A DNA stretch of 64,000 nt from the NCBI RefSeq assembly GCF_009914755.1, contig NC_060932.1; one strand, written 5' to 3'. Of the stretch, positions 13,559 to 27,960 are shown piece by piece. The stretch comes from the human T2T-CHM13v2.0 reference genome, Homo sapiens. Within the stretch, counting starts at the first letter, position 1. The number at the start of each line of letters is the position of its first letter. The notes under the pieces are model-generated. The model did not search any database, was not told the origin of the DNA, and saw nothing but the letters and a program-made list of their open reading frames with translations. The position numbers were made by a program, and so were the translations under genes.

Positions 13559-13608
13559 CCATAAGAACTTGGAGAAAGTGGGTACCAAGAATCTTTCCTT
13601 CTTCACAA
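13559..13608 (-). other. Candidate internal exon, 50 nt
   Basis: Acceptor ctctcattttttttcttcattag|TTGTG; donor ATGG|gtgaga. Confidence 0.5.
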
Positions 13609-13999
13609 CTAATGAAGAAAAAAATGAGAGCATAGTAATGATGACCAATATTATTTAGTAACAAAATAAAGCAACCTTTAGCACTTTGATTTAAAACATT
13701 TATTCTACATAAAAATAACTGATAAATATTTGTTAACTATGACTGAGTGGGTGATGTAGATACACACAGCTCTCAAGGAAGGGAAAGGGCAATGTCCTCA
13801 AATTGTGCCTAATGGTAAAGATCACCCAAGACACATGTGAAAAATGCACATTCTTATATCCTACCCAGGACTACTAAATCAAGAGATTCTGCCAAGGGGT
13901 CTGAGAGTCTGTATGGTAAAGACCCACCACAAGCATAGGGGAAACATGCATTAGGCAGTGGTTCTTAGGGAAACCACTGCAGGTGATCAGAAACAGTCA

Positions 14000-14345
<346 letters not shown>

Positions 14346-14545
14346 TTATTCAGGCATTTGGAAAGTGGTATGAGAATTTGCATTTCTAGTAAGTTCCCAA
14401 GAAGACACCAGAGATCCTGGAGCAGGAACCACACACTGAGAACCACTGGGTTTCAGAGCCTTATTGTGGTGTCTGCTGTTACAATTCACATGGCTCAGGT
14501 GGCTGCATGCCTAGGAAGCATATGATTCCTCTCTGGTCATGTTGC

Positions 14546-15213
14546 TGTTGATGAAAAAGCCAAAATCTGTAAAATATTTAAAGAAGTTTATTCTGAGCCA
14601 ATATGAGTGACCATTGTCAGGATATAGTCTCAAGAGGTCTTGAGAAAGTGTGCCCAAAGTGCTCAGGTTACAGTTTGGTTTTATACATTTTAGGGAGGCA
14701 GGAGTTACAACCAAAGACATAAATCAATACCTGGAATGTGTACACTGGTTCAGTCTAAAGAGGTGGGATATCTTGAGGGGGCACTTACAGTTCATAGGCA
14801 GATTCAAAGATTTTCTGACTTGCAATTGGTTGAAAGGGTTAAGCTTTATCTAAAGACTTAAGAAGTCACTAGCTTGAGCTAAGATAAGGGGGTTGTGTAA
14901 GCCAAGGCCTTCATTTCGTAGATGAAGTCTCATATGTAGTAGCTTTCAGAGAGCAAGTGATGCTATACCAGAGTCACGTTGAAATTTGATATCTTATTGC
15001 CACAAAGAACCTTGTGTTTTGTCAGTCTTATGATCTCTATTTTAATGTTAGTGATGGTTAGTTGAGCCTAAACCCCAAAGGGAGAGGGTATAAGGAGGCA
15101 TGTCAAACTTCCCTTCCCATCATGGCTGGAACTCAGTGTTTCAGGATTCCCTTGGCCCAGAAGGGGTCCGTTCAGTTGGTTGAGGGGGCTTAGGATTTTA
15201 TGTTTGGTTTACA
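14546..15213 (-). mobile_element. MER4-group ERV1 solo LTR
   Basis: TG...CA termini; minus strand starts TGTAAACCAAACATAAAATCCTAAGCCCCCTCAACC; near-TSD ttgc/ctgc. Confidence 0.88.
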
Positions 15214-16439
15214 CTGCTCTCCATCTCAAATCCTTCATAACCTTCCATAAACAGATTGTGATGCTTTTCGTAGGGTAGATCCCAGCCTGGTACCTGAAGT
15301 CATGATGCCACAGAGGGTAAAGATAACCCCAAGAAAAGGGCCAGCTCTCATCTAAACCCCACAACATATCAGAAATAATGAACATTTTAAGGACAAAGGC
15401 GAGTCGATCGTCATACTTGGATGAAGACAGAGTAAGAGATGGGCAACAACAGTCCCAAAGGACATGGACAGCCTCATAAGCTCTTAAACCAGAATTTAGA
15501 GAAGCTTAGGTTGCAGGCAGCATCAGCCACTTACATTTTTTTTCAGGATGGGGCTGAGAGGAATATGAGGAATATACTTTTTGGTCTGAATAAGATTTTT
15601 TTTTTCACAGAGGAGATAGATATAAAATGAGCATTCCTCTTTGGATATATCTCCTAAAGGAACCTTTCCTTTAGGCAGATATCATGAAGGTAAGCCTTGT
15701 GTGTCTGTGTGTGTGGTTCTGTGTGCATGTGTGTTTCTGTGTGTGGGGTTGGGGGCAGGCAGGAAATGTGGTGTGTGCTTTCCCATGTGTGAGGATGGCA
15801 AGGTGATGTCAACCTTACTGGCCAAGCCAGACCCTAGCAGCCTTTGGCTACACCTTTCTTCTAAGCCTTCCTCTTTCTTCTAAGCCTTCTCTTTCATCCA
15901 TGATTAGGTTTGCCTATACATATCTTGTTCTGATTTAGGTTACTTTCATCTGAGTATTTGTCTATCGTTACCACTAACCACAGGTGTGGGAACCTCACCC
16001 TCTCTCCAAGTTGCTACTCTGCACCTTTTCTTTGCTAAGCCCAAGTCTTTATTTTTAAATAATAATGAGAGTGGTGTTAAAACAAAAATCAAAAGACAGG
16101 TGGTATGTTTCAGAATCTTAAGCATTCTTTATAGATTAACTTTTAGATTATAAAGTTTCTAATCTACCTACCAAAGATTTGATTTCAATAGCTACAAATG
16201 TGCTTCCAAAAGCAAAGTATAAAAAGCCAAATGGCAGTCAAACAAATACTTTGCTTAGGCATCATTTTTGTCCCATGGTAATTCTGGAAGCTAAACAGAT
16301 GTTTATTGTACAAATATAGAATGACCTGCATAACTCCTTGCAGCTTTCTGACTTCTTAGTAATGAGACGATTTGGAAGAGAAGGCAATAGCAAGCATAAA
16401 GTTAATCATAAAAAGCAGAGAAAGGCAAGGGAAAACTTC

Positions 16440-18060
16440 ATCTACAGTTATTTGCTAGCAACGAATTCTCTTAGATTTTCTACATCTGAGAATGTTTTCA
16501 TTTCTCTGTCATTCCTGAGGGATATTTTCACCAGATATAGTACTTGCAGCTGACAGTTCTTTACTTCAGTATTTGAAAACTGCTGTGCCAATTCCTTTTG
16601 GCCTCTGTGGTTTCTGATGAGAAATTCACTGCCATTTGAATTGGTGTCCTATGAATGACGTGTTGTTTCTCTCTGGCTGATTTCAAAATTTTTAATTTGT
16701 CATTAGTTTACAGAGGTTTAATTATGATGTTTCTTGGTATGGATTTCTTTGGATTAAACCTATTTGGAATTTTCTGTTTCTTGAATGTGTAGATATAATA
16801 TCTTTCACCAAATTTGGGAAGTTTGTATCGATTCTTCTGTAAACATTTTTTTCAGTCTGAATGTCTTTCTCCTGTTTTTATGGGACTCTGAAATTACCAA
16901 TGATAACTCTTTTATTATTGTCCCACTGGTCCCTGAGACTATTTTTATTGCCTGTGTTCTCTGTTGTTTAGATTGGGTACAGTCTACTGATCAATATTCA
17001 AATTTACTAATTCTATTCTCTGTTATATTCACCCTACTAATGAGTTCATCTAGAAATATTTTTGAAAAAGTTTGGTTATTAAATTTTTTCAGTTCTATAA
17101 TTTCCATTTGGTTCTTTTTTGTAATTCTAATATTTTAACAGAGGTTTGCTATTTTTATTCATTTCAAAAGAGCATGTAATTGTTTTTCAAAGCATTTTTA
17201 TGACAACTGCTTTAAACACCTTGCCACGTAATTCATATATCTGATTCATCTCAGTGTTAGTGTCTGTTGATTGCCTTTTCTCATTCAGGCTGTGATTATC
17301 CTGGTTGTTGTTATGATGTAATTTCCCATTGAATCCTAGGCATTCTGGATATTATTTTATGATAATCTGGATTCTACTTAATCTTTTTCAGCAAGCAGTT
17401 GAATTAAAGCCCAAAGGCAAAGTAGGAGTATATGTTCAGCTTCCTGCTGGGCCCTGCTGACACCACGCTAGCAAAAGCGGGGCTCACACATTGCCTAATT
17501 GCAACAAGTGGAGTGAGAGTTTAGTTTCCCCCCTTGCCCCACTGACATCAGTGGAGGGGAGTGGGGAAAGCAGCAGAGTGCCAACTAGCCCTGCCCCCCA
17601 CAACCTCCTTCTACTGCAATGCCAGTTTGGGGTGAGGCCCAGCTCCCCACAGGCCCTGCTGGACACAAGTTGGGCAGTTTGGAAAGGTAGTGCTGACCAG
17701 CTCTCACTTAAGCCACCTGATTTAGTCTTCCTGAGTCTCAGCTTGCTGGTGGACCCCACTGACACTAACCTGGTAGGAAAATCAGAACATGGTTGGCTTT
17801 TGCCGGGGGAGAGATAAAAGAGCTGCTGGTCTCCTACAGAGATACTTCCCCAGTTGGGAAATCAGATTGCTGTCATCTATTATCACCACCTGGGTATGGA
17901 AGATCAGCTCCCACCTAAGCCTAACTGATACCACCAAGTGAGGGGACTGGAATGTACCACCCCTTCCGTGGAATTGAGGATGTGTGTGGAAGATCAGCTT
18001 CTCACTAGGCACTCCTAAGAAGAGGGGTGTGTTTCCATTGGTGTTTGGCTGGAGTAGGGT
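16440..18060 (-). mobile_element. Old L1M (L1MC-like) ORF1/5' region, antisense; continues at ~19440-19763
   Basis: ttcctgagggatattttca...gtttctgatgagaaattca; ggtgtttggctggagtag; resumes and ends ctactccatcctggcagaacaggaagt. Confidence 0.75.
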
Positions 18061-18063
18061 GAG

Positions 18064-18437
18064 TATATTAGTCTGCTTGGGCTGCCATAACAAAATACCA
18101 CAGACCACATGACCTCAAAGCAGAAATTAGTTTTCTCACTGTTCTGAGTGCTGGAGAGTCCAAGATCAATGTTCAGGCAGGGTATGCTGTAAACGGCTAC
18201 CTTTTCACTGTATCCTCACATGAACTGTCTTCTGTGCGCATACAGAGACAGGCCATGTGCAACAGCAAAAAGGTGTCTGTCTGCAAGCAAAGAAGAGAGT
18301 ACTCACCAGAAACCAAATTCTATTTGAACCTTGATCTTGGACTATCCAGCTTCCAGAACAGTGAGATAATTAATTTCTGTTGTTTAAGCTATGCAATCTG
18401 TAGCATTTTGTTATGGTAGCCTGAACATAGTAGCATA
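18064..18437. mobile_element. Two MLT1A-like LTR 3' halves joined in opposite orientation (palindrome)
   Basis: Left: gggctgccataacaaaatacc...gtccaagatcaatgttca; right: tgaaccttgatcttggac...cattttgttatggtagcc. Confidence 0.85.
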
Positions 18438-19430
18438 GATTTTGGTTCTGTGAAGTTGGGTGCTGCTGTACCAAATACCTAAAAATGTGGAAGAATCTTT
18501 GGAACTGGGTAATGGATAAAGGCTGGAAGAGTTTTGAGGTACATGCTTAAAAAAGCCTAGATTGCCATGAAGGGTAGTTGGTGGAAATATGGAAATTGAA
18601 GTTAATTCTGGCAAGGGCTTAGAAAGAAAAGAAGAAAGCTGAAGAGAAAGCGTCTATCTTAGATAATACATAAATAATAATGAACAGACTGTTGGTAGAA
18701 ATATGTATGTTAAAGCAATTCTGGAGATGCTTCAGACGGAAATGAGAAACAGGTTATAGGAAACTGGAGGAAATGGAATTCTTATTATAAAATGGCAAAG
18801 GACTTGGCTGAATTGTGTTATAGTGTTTTGTGGAAGCTACAATTTGCAAGTAATGACACTGAACATTTAGCAGAGGAGATCTCTAAACAAAGTATTGAAG
18901 GTGTGGTTTGGGTCCTTTTGACTGCTCATAGTGAAATGCCAAAAGAGAGAGGTGAATTGAAAAAGGCTTTGTTAAACAAAAAGGAACCATAACTTAAAGA
19001 TCTGTAAAATTCTCAGTCTGCCCATATTGTAAAAATGAGAAAGTGTTCTGAAGAGATTACACCAAGGGTGTGGCTAGACTGTTACCTGATAAAGAGGTTA
19101 TGAAATTAGACAAGCAGAAACACTGCCAGTTTGAACTAAAGAAGATGGGCATGGGAGGCTAATGGGAACTAAAGGAGATAAATGAGAAAGCTACGGAACA
19201 TCTTGGATTTTACAGAATGGGACCAAGACAGCTACTTGGCCATGAACATGCACTATTTTTCAAAGAAAGGGAAGAAAGGCCATGAAGACAATTCAGAGAT
19301 CACAGGAAATGCCACTCCCACCATAGGCCCAGAGTGCCCAGGCCTGGGGAGCAAGGCACTTCTATCTTGGTTTCAAAGGGTGGAATCACCTCCTCGGTTT
19401 TGACAGGCAGGCTGCTGTCACCCAGAGTTG
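18438..19430 (+). mobile_element. MLT1 (MaLR) internal sequence, 3' end uncertain
   Basis: gattttggt...gggtgctgctgtaccaaatacctaaaaatgtggaag...tttggaactgggtaatgg is the MaLR-int start. Confidence 0.85.
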
Positions 19431-20400
19431 CCTGGGCTGGGCCTTCCCAATGCATATGGCCAAAGATTGTTGGTTGTTAGGTTTTCTTGGAGCTTTTTAC
19501 TTTTTATCGTGCTTTTCTGTGTGTGCTGCTGGTAGTTCTGGGTTGGCAATTCTGTAACACCCTCTTGGAGATATATGGGAGGTGATAAGGAGGACAGGAG
19601 ATTCAATACCAGGTCATTATTTGTGTCCCGATGACCCTAAGCAGCCTACTTTCTTCTTTTTTCATCTTCAAAAGGCTTGTTGTTGTGTTATCTAGGTTTT
19701 CTAGTTGTATGAGGGAGCACAGGGGAGGAAGAGGGCTACTCCATCCTGGCAGAACAGGAAGTTTCTATAGTCTTTGGACGGTCAAAGAAATTCACTAAGG
19801 TTGTAGGAAGCTGATGACACATGGAGAGGAATTTCCAGCATGCATGTGTGTCTTTTTTGAGTGTATCTTCCCTTTCTCTAATTGGCTTATTTGCTATTAT
19901 CACCCCTTTCTTTAGTCATTGTTGTTGCTGAAAGAATTTTTGTCTAAAACTCAAAACATCAATGTCTTCAACTTATTTTATCTGAACTAGTTAAAAAGTG
20001 GAACAGAAAAGAATTTTGGAGGAGCAACTAAGACACTATTTTTTAATCCATTGCTCTTCAACAATGTTTTCATCAAACTAATAATCATGGGGGAAGATAG
20101 AAAATTGTATCTCTGTGAAAATAATATTTTTGGACATTCCATGCCTGAATAAATGAAAGATGGTAAAAATATAGGTATAATTTTCTTTAGGTTCAAAATA
20201 TTATATTGACAGCTAAAACAGAATTTCATCATTCAGATGATAATCACAGAGCCAAGTTAAATTTGGGGTATACCACTGTGGATTCCAGAAGTTTCTCTTT
20301 ATGCCAACTGGAAATGTTAGCTGCTTTAGACTTTCATGGAAATCAGGTCTCAAAAGAATTCTGGCTGGGAAGGACACTTGAATTTTCATTCTGTACTCAC

Positions 20401-20427
20401 TGGAAGCTGATAGATAAGACCCTGGTG
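20401..20427 (-). other. Candidate 27-nt microexon
   Basis: tttttctattttgttag|CACCAGGGTCTTATCTATCAGCTTCCA|gtgagt; strong sites at both ends; length divisible by 3. Confidence 0.55.
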
Positions 20428-21234
20428 CTAACAAAATAGAAAAATTGTCTTTATAATATTGATAATTATTTCCTTTTTTACTTTAGGAGTGACCTATCTC
20501 ATTTTGAAATTAGAACCTTACATTCTTTGGCTTTCAGATTTTAAAAGTCTTGAAGAACATCAAATTTTATCTGGAAGAGAGAGTTCTTTAGGCTTTTGTG
20601 ATAGAGACATGTCTGTTTTAGCACATCATGAGATAAAATAGACTACTGTAAGCAACACATATTAGCTTTTCTTAGGACAAAAATATGTGATTTGATTTTT
20701 TTTTATGATGCTGTAATACAAAAGCTTAAAGGCTATTGAAGTCGAAGGTCTCACATGCTGTGTGTAATGGCTATTCACAGTTGGATCAACTTAATTGTCG
20801 TTAGTGGTCTTTTATGATGATTTGTCTATAAATCAGTAAATTTATAAGAAAATTAGTTTTAAAGTATGATTGACCAGTAAAGTAATCGGTGGCTTTCTGT
20901 AAAATGATTAAGGCAAAAGGGGACATTGCTCAAAAGGTCTTTCTCGAGTCCTCCCTTTATTCCTCAAATCATCATCATCCTCAGGTGTCTCCCAGCCTCA
21001 TCTCACACAGAGAGGCTGAAAACCCACATACATGTTATGGGAACATTTTCTTATTTTTTCAGGGGTTGAGGAAGATGATACATTATTATAATCCCAATTC
21101 TAATAAAATCTTCACTAGTTTTGCTACTCGAATATAAAAATACAGCAAATCAACACTGGTCAAAAGTGATGATGCTGCATTTTCTTTTTCAAAACCCAAT
21201 GCTCTAGTATCATAGAATATAAAAAGGAAAGCAT

Positions 21235-21835
21235 TAGTACAGTAGCTAAGCGCATGGGCCTAGCAAATCAATTGTCTAGATTTGAATCCCAAGCCTAGCA
21301 CTTCCGAGTCCTGTGTGACCTCAGGCAATTTATTGACCCTTAAGAAGCTTCAGTTTTCTTACCTATAGAATGGGGAAAGGTAGTGGTGAGTGAGAGGAAG
21401 TGGTTCCCACTCCTGGCTTTCCTTGCAAATCATCACTTTAAAGAATACAGATGCCTGGGCTCTCCTTCTGAAGGTTGGGATTTTCTTGTTTTGGGATGGG
21501 GTCCAGAAACCAGTGTGTTTCACTCTCCCCAACTGCAGGGGAATGTAACGTGCAGCTAAGCTTGAGAACCAGTGCCTGAACCAACTACTCAAGGAGAGGT
21601 CAAGAAGCAGCATCACCATCAACTGGGAACTTTTTAGAAAAGTCGACTCTCAGGCTTCACGCCAGAACTACTGAATTAGAACCTGCATTTTAGCCAAGTC
21701 TCAAGGAGATTTTCATGCATGTGAAAGCTTAAGAAACATGGGTCTAAAGATCATTGTGAGGATTAAATGAGAGAATCCATCTAAGCTGCTTAGAACAGTG
21801 CCTGGAACATAGAAAGCTATGAATTAAAGTTAGCT
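21235..21835 (+). mobile_element. MIR interrupted by two adjacent MER5 elements (~21395-21745)
   Basis: MIR core tgtgtgacctcaggcaa...cttcagttttcttacct, resuming tgtgaggattaaatgag; MER5 termini gtggttc...ttgagaaccag. Confidence 0.7.
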
Positions 21836-22575
21836 GTTTTATGTTTGGTATCTCCTCTACTATTTCACTGATAATTTAAAAAAATCTCTTTTCAAACTGT
21901 TTTCCCCACTACCAATAAATCCTTTAGGATAAGTGCTATAGTTGGTTCACTTTTCTAACCCTGGTGCCTAGGGTAGAGTCTGACATATGATACAGGTAGA
22001 TAGTAAATATCTGTTGGAAAGATAAAGGTCCCAAGACAGTAGGGACTTTGCACTGGGTCTTAGGAATTCTTTTCTGGCACTGGTTCTGTCACTCATTTGT
22101 TGTGGGACCTGATCCGAGGCATTCCAGCTTAGAACTTCAGTTTTCTCATCTGTACCTTATAGGAGCGGGCACATAGTTTCTAAATCTCCCTCCACTTTTA
22201 ACTCTAAGTAATTTTATTACATGTGTATACATGGCTGAACTCTTGTGGATAGGTCTTTTGTTTGTTTTGTTATTGCTTATGAAACAAGCATTTTTCTGAC
22301 ATTCTTAATTGAGTGGGAGGATATGAGGAAGGCACAGCCTGGCTGTTGCTTTGCAAATTAAACATACCTGATAAATTTAGTGTAGCTTTCAGCCATCACT
22401 ACATAGAATCATTTGGAAACTTAAAAATACTGATCCCTAGGCTGACCTTAAAAACATGTCTGAATTAACTGATCATATTGAGTCAGGTATTTTTTCGAAG
22501 CATCCTAGTTGATTCTAAAGTGAAGCCAGAGGTAAGAACCTTGCTGGCGGTAATGCCTAATGCCACATAGTTTTA

Positions 22576-22809
<234 letters not shown>

Positions 22810-23134
22810 TTACCTTTTTATATTTATTTGAATAGAGCCAAGTGCTGAGATGGGATACCTGGAGATGGTAGAACATTTTGCTCTTCAGTTCTGTCATCAG
22901 GGCTCTTTCTTTTCACTCCATCTGCCAATTATGATGTCTCCCTGCTCATGAGCGAAGTATGCGAACTTGGGAGAATCGTCATGCTATGTTACTAATCAAG
23001 CTCACAAGTCTAGTAAATTGGGGCATTAAATATGTTTGTGTGAACATACATGCACATGCATGTGTTTTATGTGTACACATGTTTGAAATTAAAGCTCAGT
23101 TTTTGTTTTGAACAAAAGGCATCTATGTCTGTAA

Positions 23135-23548
<414 letters not shown>

Positions 23549-25808
23549 TAAAAGATAAGTTAAATAGTTCTGTATCCTAACATTAGTCCATGAAAATAGC
23601 ATCCTTATTTTATTCCATTTTGGGAATGCTGCATTTAAACTTACTATGCTGAACAATGTGTTGACTCAAACACAATGGTGTAGAGGTGGTATTTGAGATA
23701 GTCAACTGAATGAATATTTTGAGTGCTTTGTTTTTCCTTTTTTTCTCACTTTCTAAAAAAATAAATGTGAAATACAGTTGGCTTCTAAGTAGAAATGTGT
23801 GTTTATCCTAAAGGATCTTTGGGCATTTACATTAAGCTGCAGCATCACAAAAATGAAGCTGAAAATGATCTGCCTTTTTTTCTAACAGAACACAAATCAT
23901 ATATTGAAATTTTGCCTAATAGTTTTCAACCTCAAGAGTATGGGATGCATTTCTAGAAAATTATTTGCCATATAGTTTGTTCCATGCAGGAAAATAGAGG
24001 GGACTTGAAGTCACAGCCATTTTTCACTGCCACCTGTGATTATACTACATGATTTACATTTCCTATTTTTGTTGGAAATAAAATAGTTTCCTATTAGGAC
24101 TGGAGGTAGATGGATTTAAGTAGCCCAGTTTCCTGGCAAAGGCCAGGATATTGGGAGTGTTTGACTTAGGCAAAATGGGTCTAGCAATATGTTTATGTGA
24201 AAAGAGGCATAGCACAGGACACCTGGCCTGGATCAATGCTGGGAAGCACCTAAACTAATCAGCCAGAGTACAAGAGGTGGTCGTGGACTGGGAGGAATCA
24301 ACCTGGGGGCTTCAGGATACAGCAGACTGGCCATTCGTGGGTGGCTAGGCCTGGAGTCATGGCAGACAGACCTCAGGGCAGACGAAGTGCTCTCACACTG
24401 GGTAGCAAGCAAGACAGGAGGTGAGGACCAAGTGGATTGTTTTGGGGCAGACAAAGAATCTTGAAGAGCATCAAAAGATTTCTCAGTCCACAGCAGGACC
24501 CTTCTGACAGAGGCAGTGGCTGAAGCGATACGTGGCCTCTCTGTGAAGCTAACATTTCCAAACCCACGAGAGACTTTTCCAAGAAGAATTATAGTCATCC
24601 ATTCAGAGCAGCAGGAGCTTCAGAAGATCTGGGACTTCAGGTGTGAGAGTGACAGACAGGACACTGAGGAGCAGTTGCATGAAAGGGGAGAGGTGGGAGG
24701 AGATCCATGTGTATACATTTCAGCTTTGTTCTCTGACCTCATCTCCCATTAGAAAATTGAGTCCTTTGCAATCTAAGGGTAGAATATGATTACATAAAGT
24801 GAATAAATATATCTTTTTTGGCTGATTTTCATTTTTCTGTTTAAACATTAATGTCAGAAAAGAGTCCCAGAATGCTAATCCTCTTTCCTCTTCCAAAGTG
24901 TTCATTTTTAGAGATTCTTAGTAATTATTTTTTTCTTCATGTCCTCTCAAATCATTGATCTTTTAACACTTTCTAACAGTTTCCTGGAGGAGGGTAGACT
25001 TCAATCTGTGGTCTTCTGTTTTCCAGATTCAATGTTTGTGAGATTCTTTCCCATAATCTTTCAAAAATTACAAATTACTTTTCCACAAAGTCATTTGCTT
25101 ACATTTTAAATTTGTTAGGTGTGTTTGCTTAGGTCTTGGTGATTCAATAAAGGTAGTGACTTTTTATTATACCCTTTTCTATTTTGAATTTCTTAATCAT
25201 GTCTGTTTCCCATTTTATTATTGAGAAAATGAAACTAAAATACAATTTAAGTATAAGGCATTATTGGCACTCATGGGAAATAAACACTTTTCGAACATCC
25301 GGTTAAAAATGAAAGAAATATTTTCCAGAGTTCTAGTTTTCTTTAGAATCACATTTATTTACAAGCAATTCTGATACTGGTTGGCATTTTCTGAGCAATT
25401 TTCTGAAGCAATTTTCTGATTATTCAGAAATCTAGATTAGTTTCCTCAGAACCCTGTCAATCTCATAGCATATGGGAATACAAAATCCTTCCTTTATATT
25501 TCTCCAAATAATAAAAGTTTACTTTTTATGTCCTTCCTGGCCTCCTGAGCTGTTTTTTCTGTGTACACTGTCTTCGGGCTGCACTACTTTAAAATTGAAA
25601 CTCAAACTTTGACTGAAAGAATTCATTTACATAAGCCATTTGTGAGCAGTGTAGACTGCCCTGAAGATTTCATGTGGGAATTAAGAAATGGCTTATGCCA
25701 AATAATAGAAATGAAGCTCATTAACATTGCTAAGTATTAATATAAAAACATGATATGCCTCACTGGCCACTCAATTCATCTCAGCCAACTCTTTGTCTCT
25801 TATCTTAC

Positions 25809-26003
25809 CTCTTTCTCTTCTCTCCATCTTCATACTCAGGAGAAAAACCACAAAATGCCTTTCTTTGTCTCATGAAGAGAAATTCTCCCCTCCTCTGAAG
25901 TCTTGGCCTTTGAACTGAATGGGCCTACCTCTTCCATCCTACTCCAGAGACACACCAAGACCTTCTTCTAGGTCGACACAGGAATTTTTTCCTCGGAGGG
26001 AGC
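25809..26003 (-). other. Candidate internal exon with two donors: 75 nt (25929-26003) or 195 nt (25809-26003)
   Basis: Acceptor cattttattccccag|GCTCC; donors GAG|gtaggc and GAG|gtaaga, 120 nt apart and in the same phase. Confidence 0.45.
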
Positions 26004-26764
26004 CTGGGGAATAAAATGTCCTCACTCATTTCGCCTTCACTACAGATGTCTCAGCAGAGGAGACATTTTGTACTGGTAGAAATATCCAGTGAAACAGATA
26101 CAAAAATCTATATAAAAAGTAGATGATTAATGCCACAGATGTGAGGAATATTCAGTTTAGAATTCTTCCCTCAATTTATCCAAAAATATAAATTTCTGGC
26201 TTATCATAACACATTTTTAGACGTTTTTAACTTTTTTTTCTTTTCATTAGTTCATGAGCACCAATAGTAGGCCTTCTTTTCTGGGCTAATTTTTGTTTTT
26301 CACAAAGAAATAGGTTTCTTAAAAAAAGTCATCAAGTAACTGTGTTCGATATAAGGAGTAGAGAACCCCACAGTTGCACTGAGTCATCACTCTATAAATA
26401 TTTACTGAATGAGTGAAAGGCTTAATGTGCTCACTAACAAAACCATTCACTCCTGCACATCAGCTTCAGAGCAGACAGAACTTTAAAAATGACAAGTGGC
26501 CCTGTATAACTTCGTGGGGTGCAATACAGAAAACAGACTCCCCTGTGAGCAGCCCTTGGTGTTCTGGAGGGAATGAGGCTTTTCTACTATGGTTTCATTC
26601 CATCTCTCCCCAAGTTGATGGGCCTAGATTTTCCTGATACATTTTGCTCCAAATAGCAAAGTAGGGGCAGAAGTGTTGAGAATAATTTTTCTCCTTATCT
26701 TTTTCAATGACCTCACCCTGTTTGAGACTACTATTTGGATCGACATTTTAGTATTTATTTTTAA

Positions 26765-27308
26765 CTTAGGCTTCTCCAGAGAAATGGAACCTGTAGAAAT
26801 ACACACACACACACACACACATACATCCATATATGGAAAGAGAGAGAGAGAGATTTATGAGGTATTTATTTCCACAACTATAGAGGCAGAGAAGACACAA
26901 TCTGCTATCTGCAAGCTGCAAACACAGGGAAGCTGGTGGTGTATTGCAAAGGCCTGAGAGCTAAAGGGCTGACTGTAAATTAAAGTTGTAAATTCCTATA
27001 ATTCTGTAAATTTCTGGGTCTTCAGACCTGAGAATAAGGAGCTTCATGGGAAGAGAAGACCAATGCCCCAGCTCAAGCTGTCAGACAGAGGACAAATCCG
27101 ACCTTAGTCTGCTTTTTTCTTCTATTTGGGCCCTCAATGGGTTGGAGAATGCCCACCCACACCAGGGAGAGCCATCTGCTTCCCTCAGTTCACCAATTCA
27201 CACTCTAATCCCATCCACAGGCAACCTTACAGATGCACCCAGAGATAATGTTTAACCACATATCTGGGCATCCTGTGACCCTGTCAAGTTGTCATAAAAT
27301 TAACCAGG
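26765..27308 (-). mobile_element. MLT2 (ERVL) solo LTR with internal (CA)n and (GA)n
   Basis: ttctccagagaaa...ctatctgcaagctg...aatgtttaaccacatatctgggca...gtcaagttgtcataaaattaacca. Confidence 0.9.
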
Positions 27309-27675
27309 CAAACTTAGTTTTACAGTCCTCATGGCATATTGTCCATATCCTTCTTAATTGTGGGCAGATGTCAGAGCTCCCAGAAGAGTTGCATTGGCCT
27401 TCTTAGATGCTTTTCTAAATGTATTCTTCATTTAAAGCAAAATACAAAAAGTATATATTGAATAAAATTTTTTGTTGATCAGCATCTTTCAATTTCATTA
27501 CTGTATCATCAATTTCATTACTGACATTTTTCAAATGTTTCTGTCTCATTACTAGGGTTTTCATGTAGACAGTCATAGTGAGCAATCATTTGGTCTTTCA
27601 GGCCAAATGTCCTGATTTTCTACAGGGCATCTGATTTCCTCTTTCATTCCATTCCACAAAGAAAGAAAAAAAACT

Positions 27676-27960
27676 GGCTGAGCATGGTGGCTCATGCCTG
27701 TAATCCCAGAGCTTTGGGAGGCCAAGGTGGGAGGATCACTTCAGATCAGTAATCCAAGACCAGCTTGAGCAACATAGCAACAGCTTATCTCCACAAAAAT
27801 ACAAAAATCAGCAAGGTGTAGTGGTATGTGCCTGTGATCCCAGCTACTCAGTAGGCTAAGGTGGGAGGATTGCTTGAGCCCAGGGTTCTAGGCTGCAGCG
27901 AAGTATGATCAAGCCACAACACTCTAACCTAGGTGACTGAGCAAGACCCATCTCTAAAAA
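27676..27960 (+). mobile_element. AluJ
   Basis: Diverged dimer with ggaggattgcttgagcccagg...ggctgcag. Confidence 0.9.
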
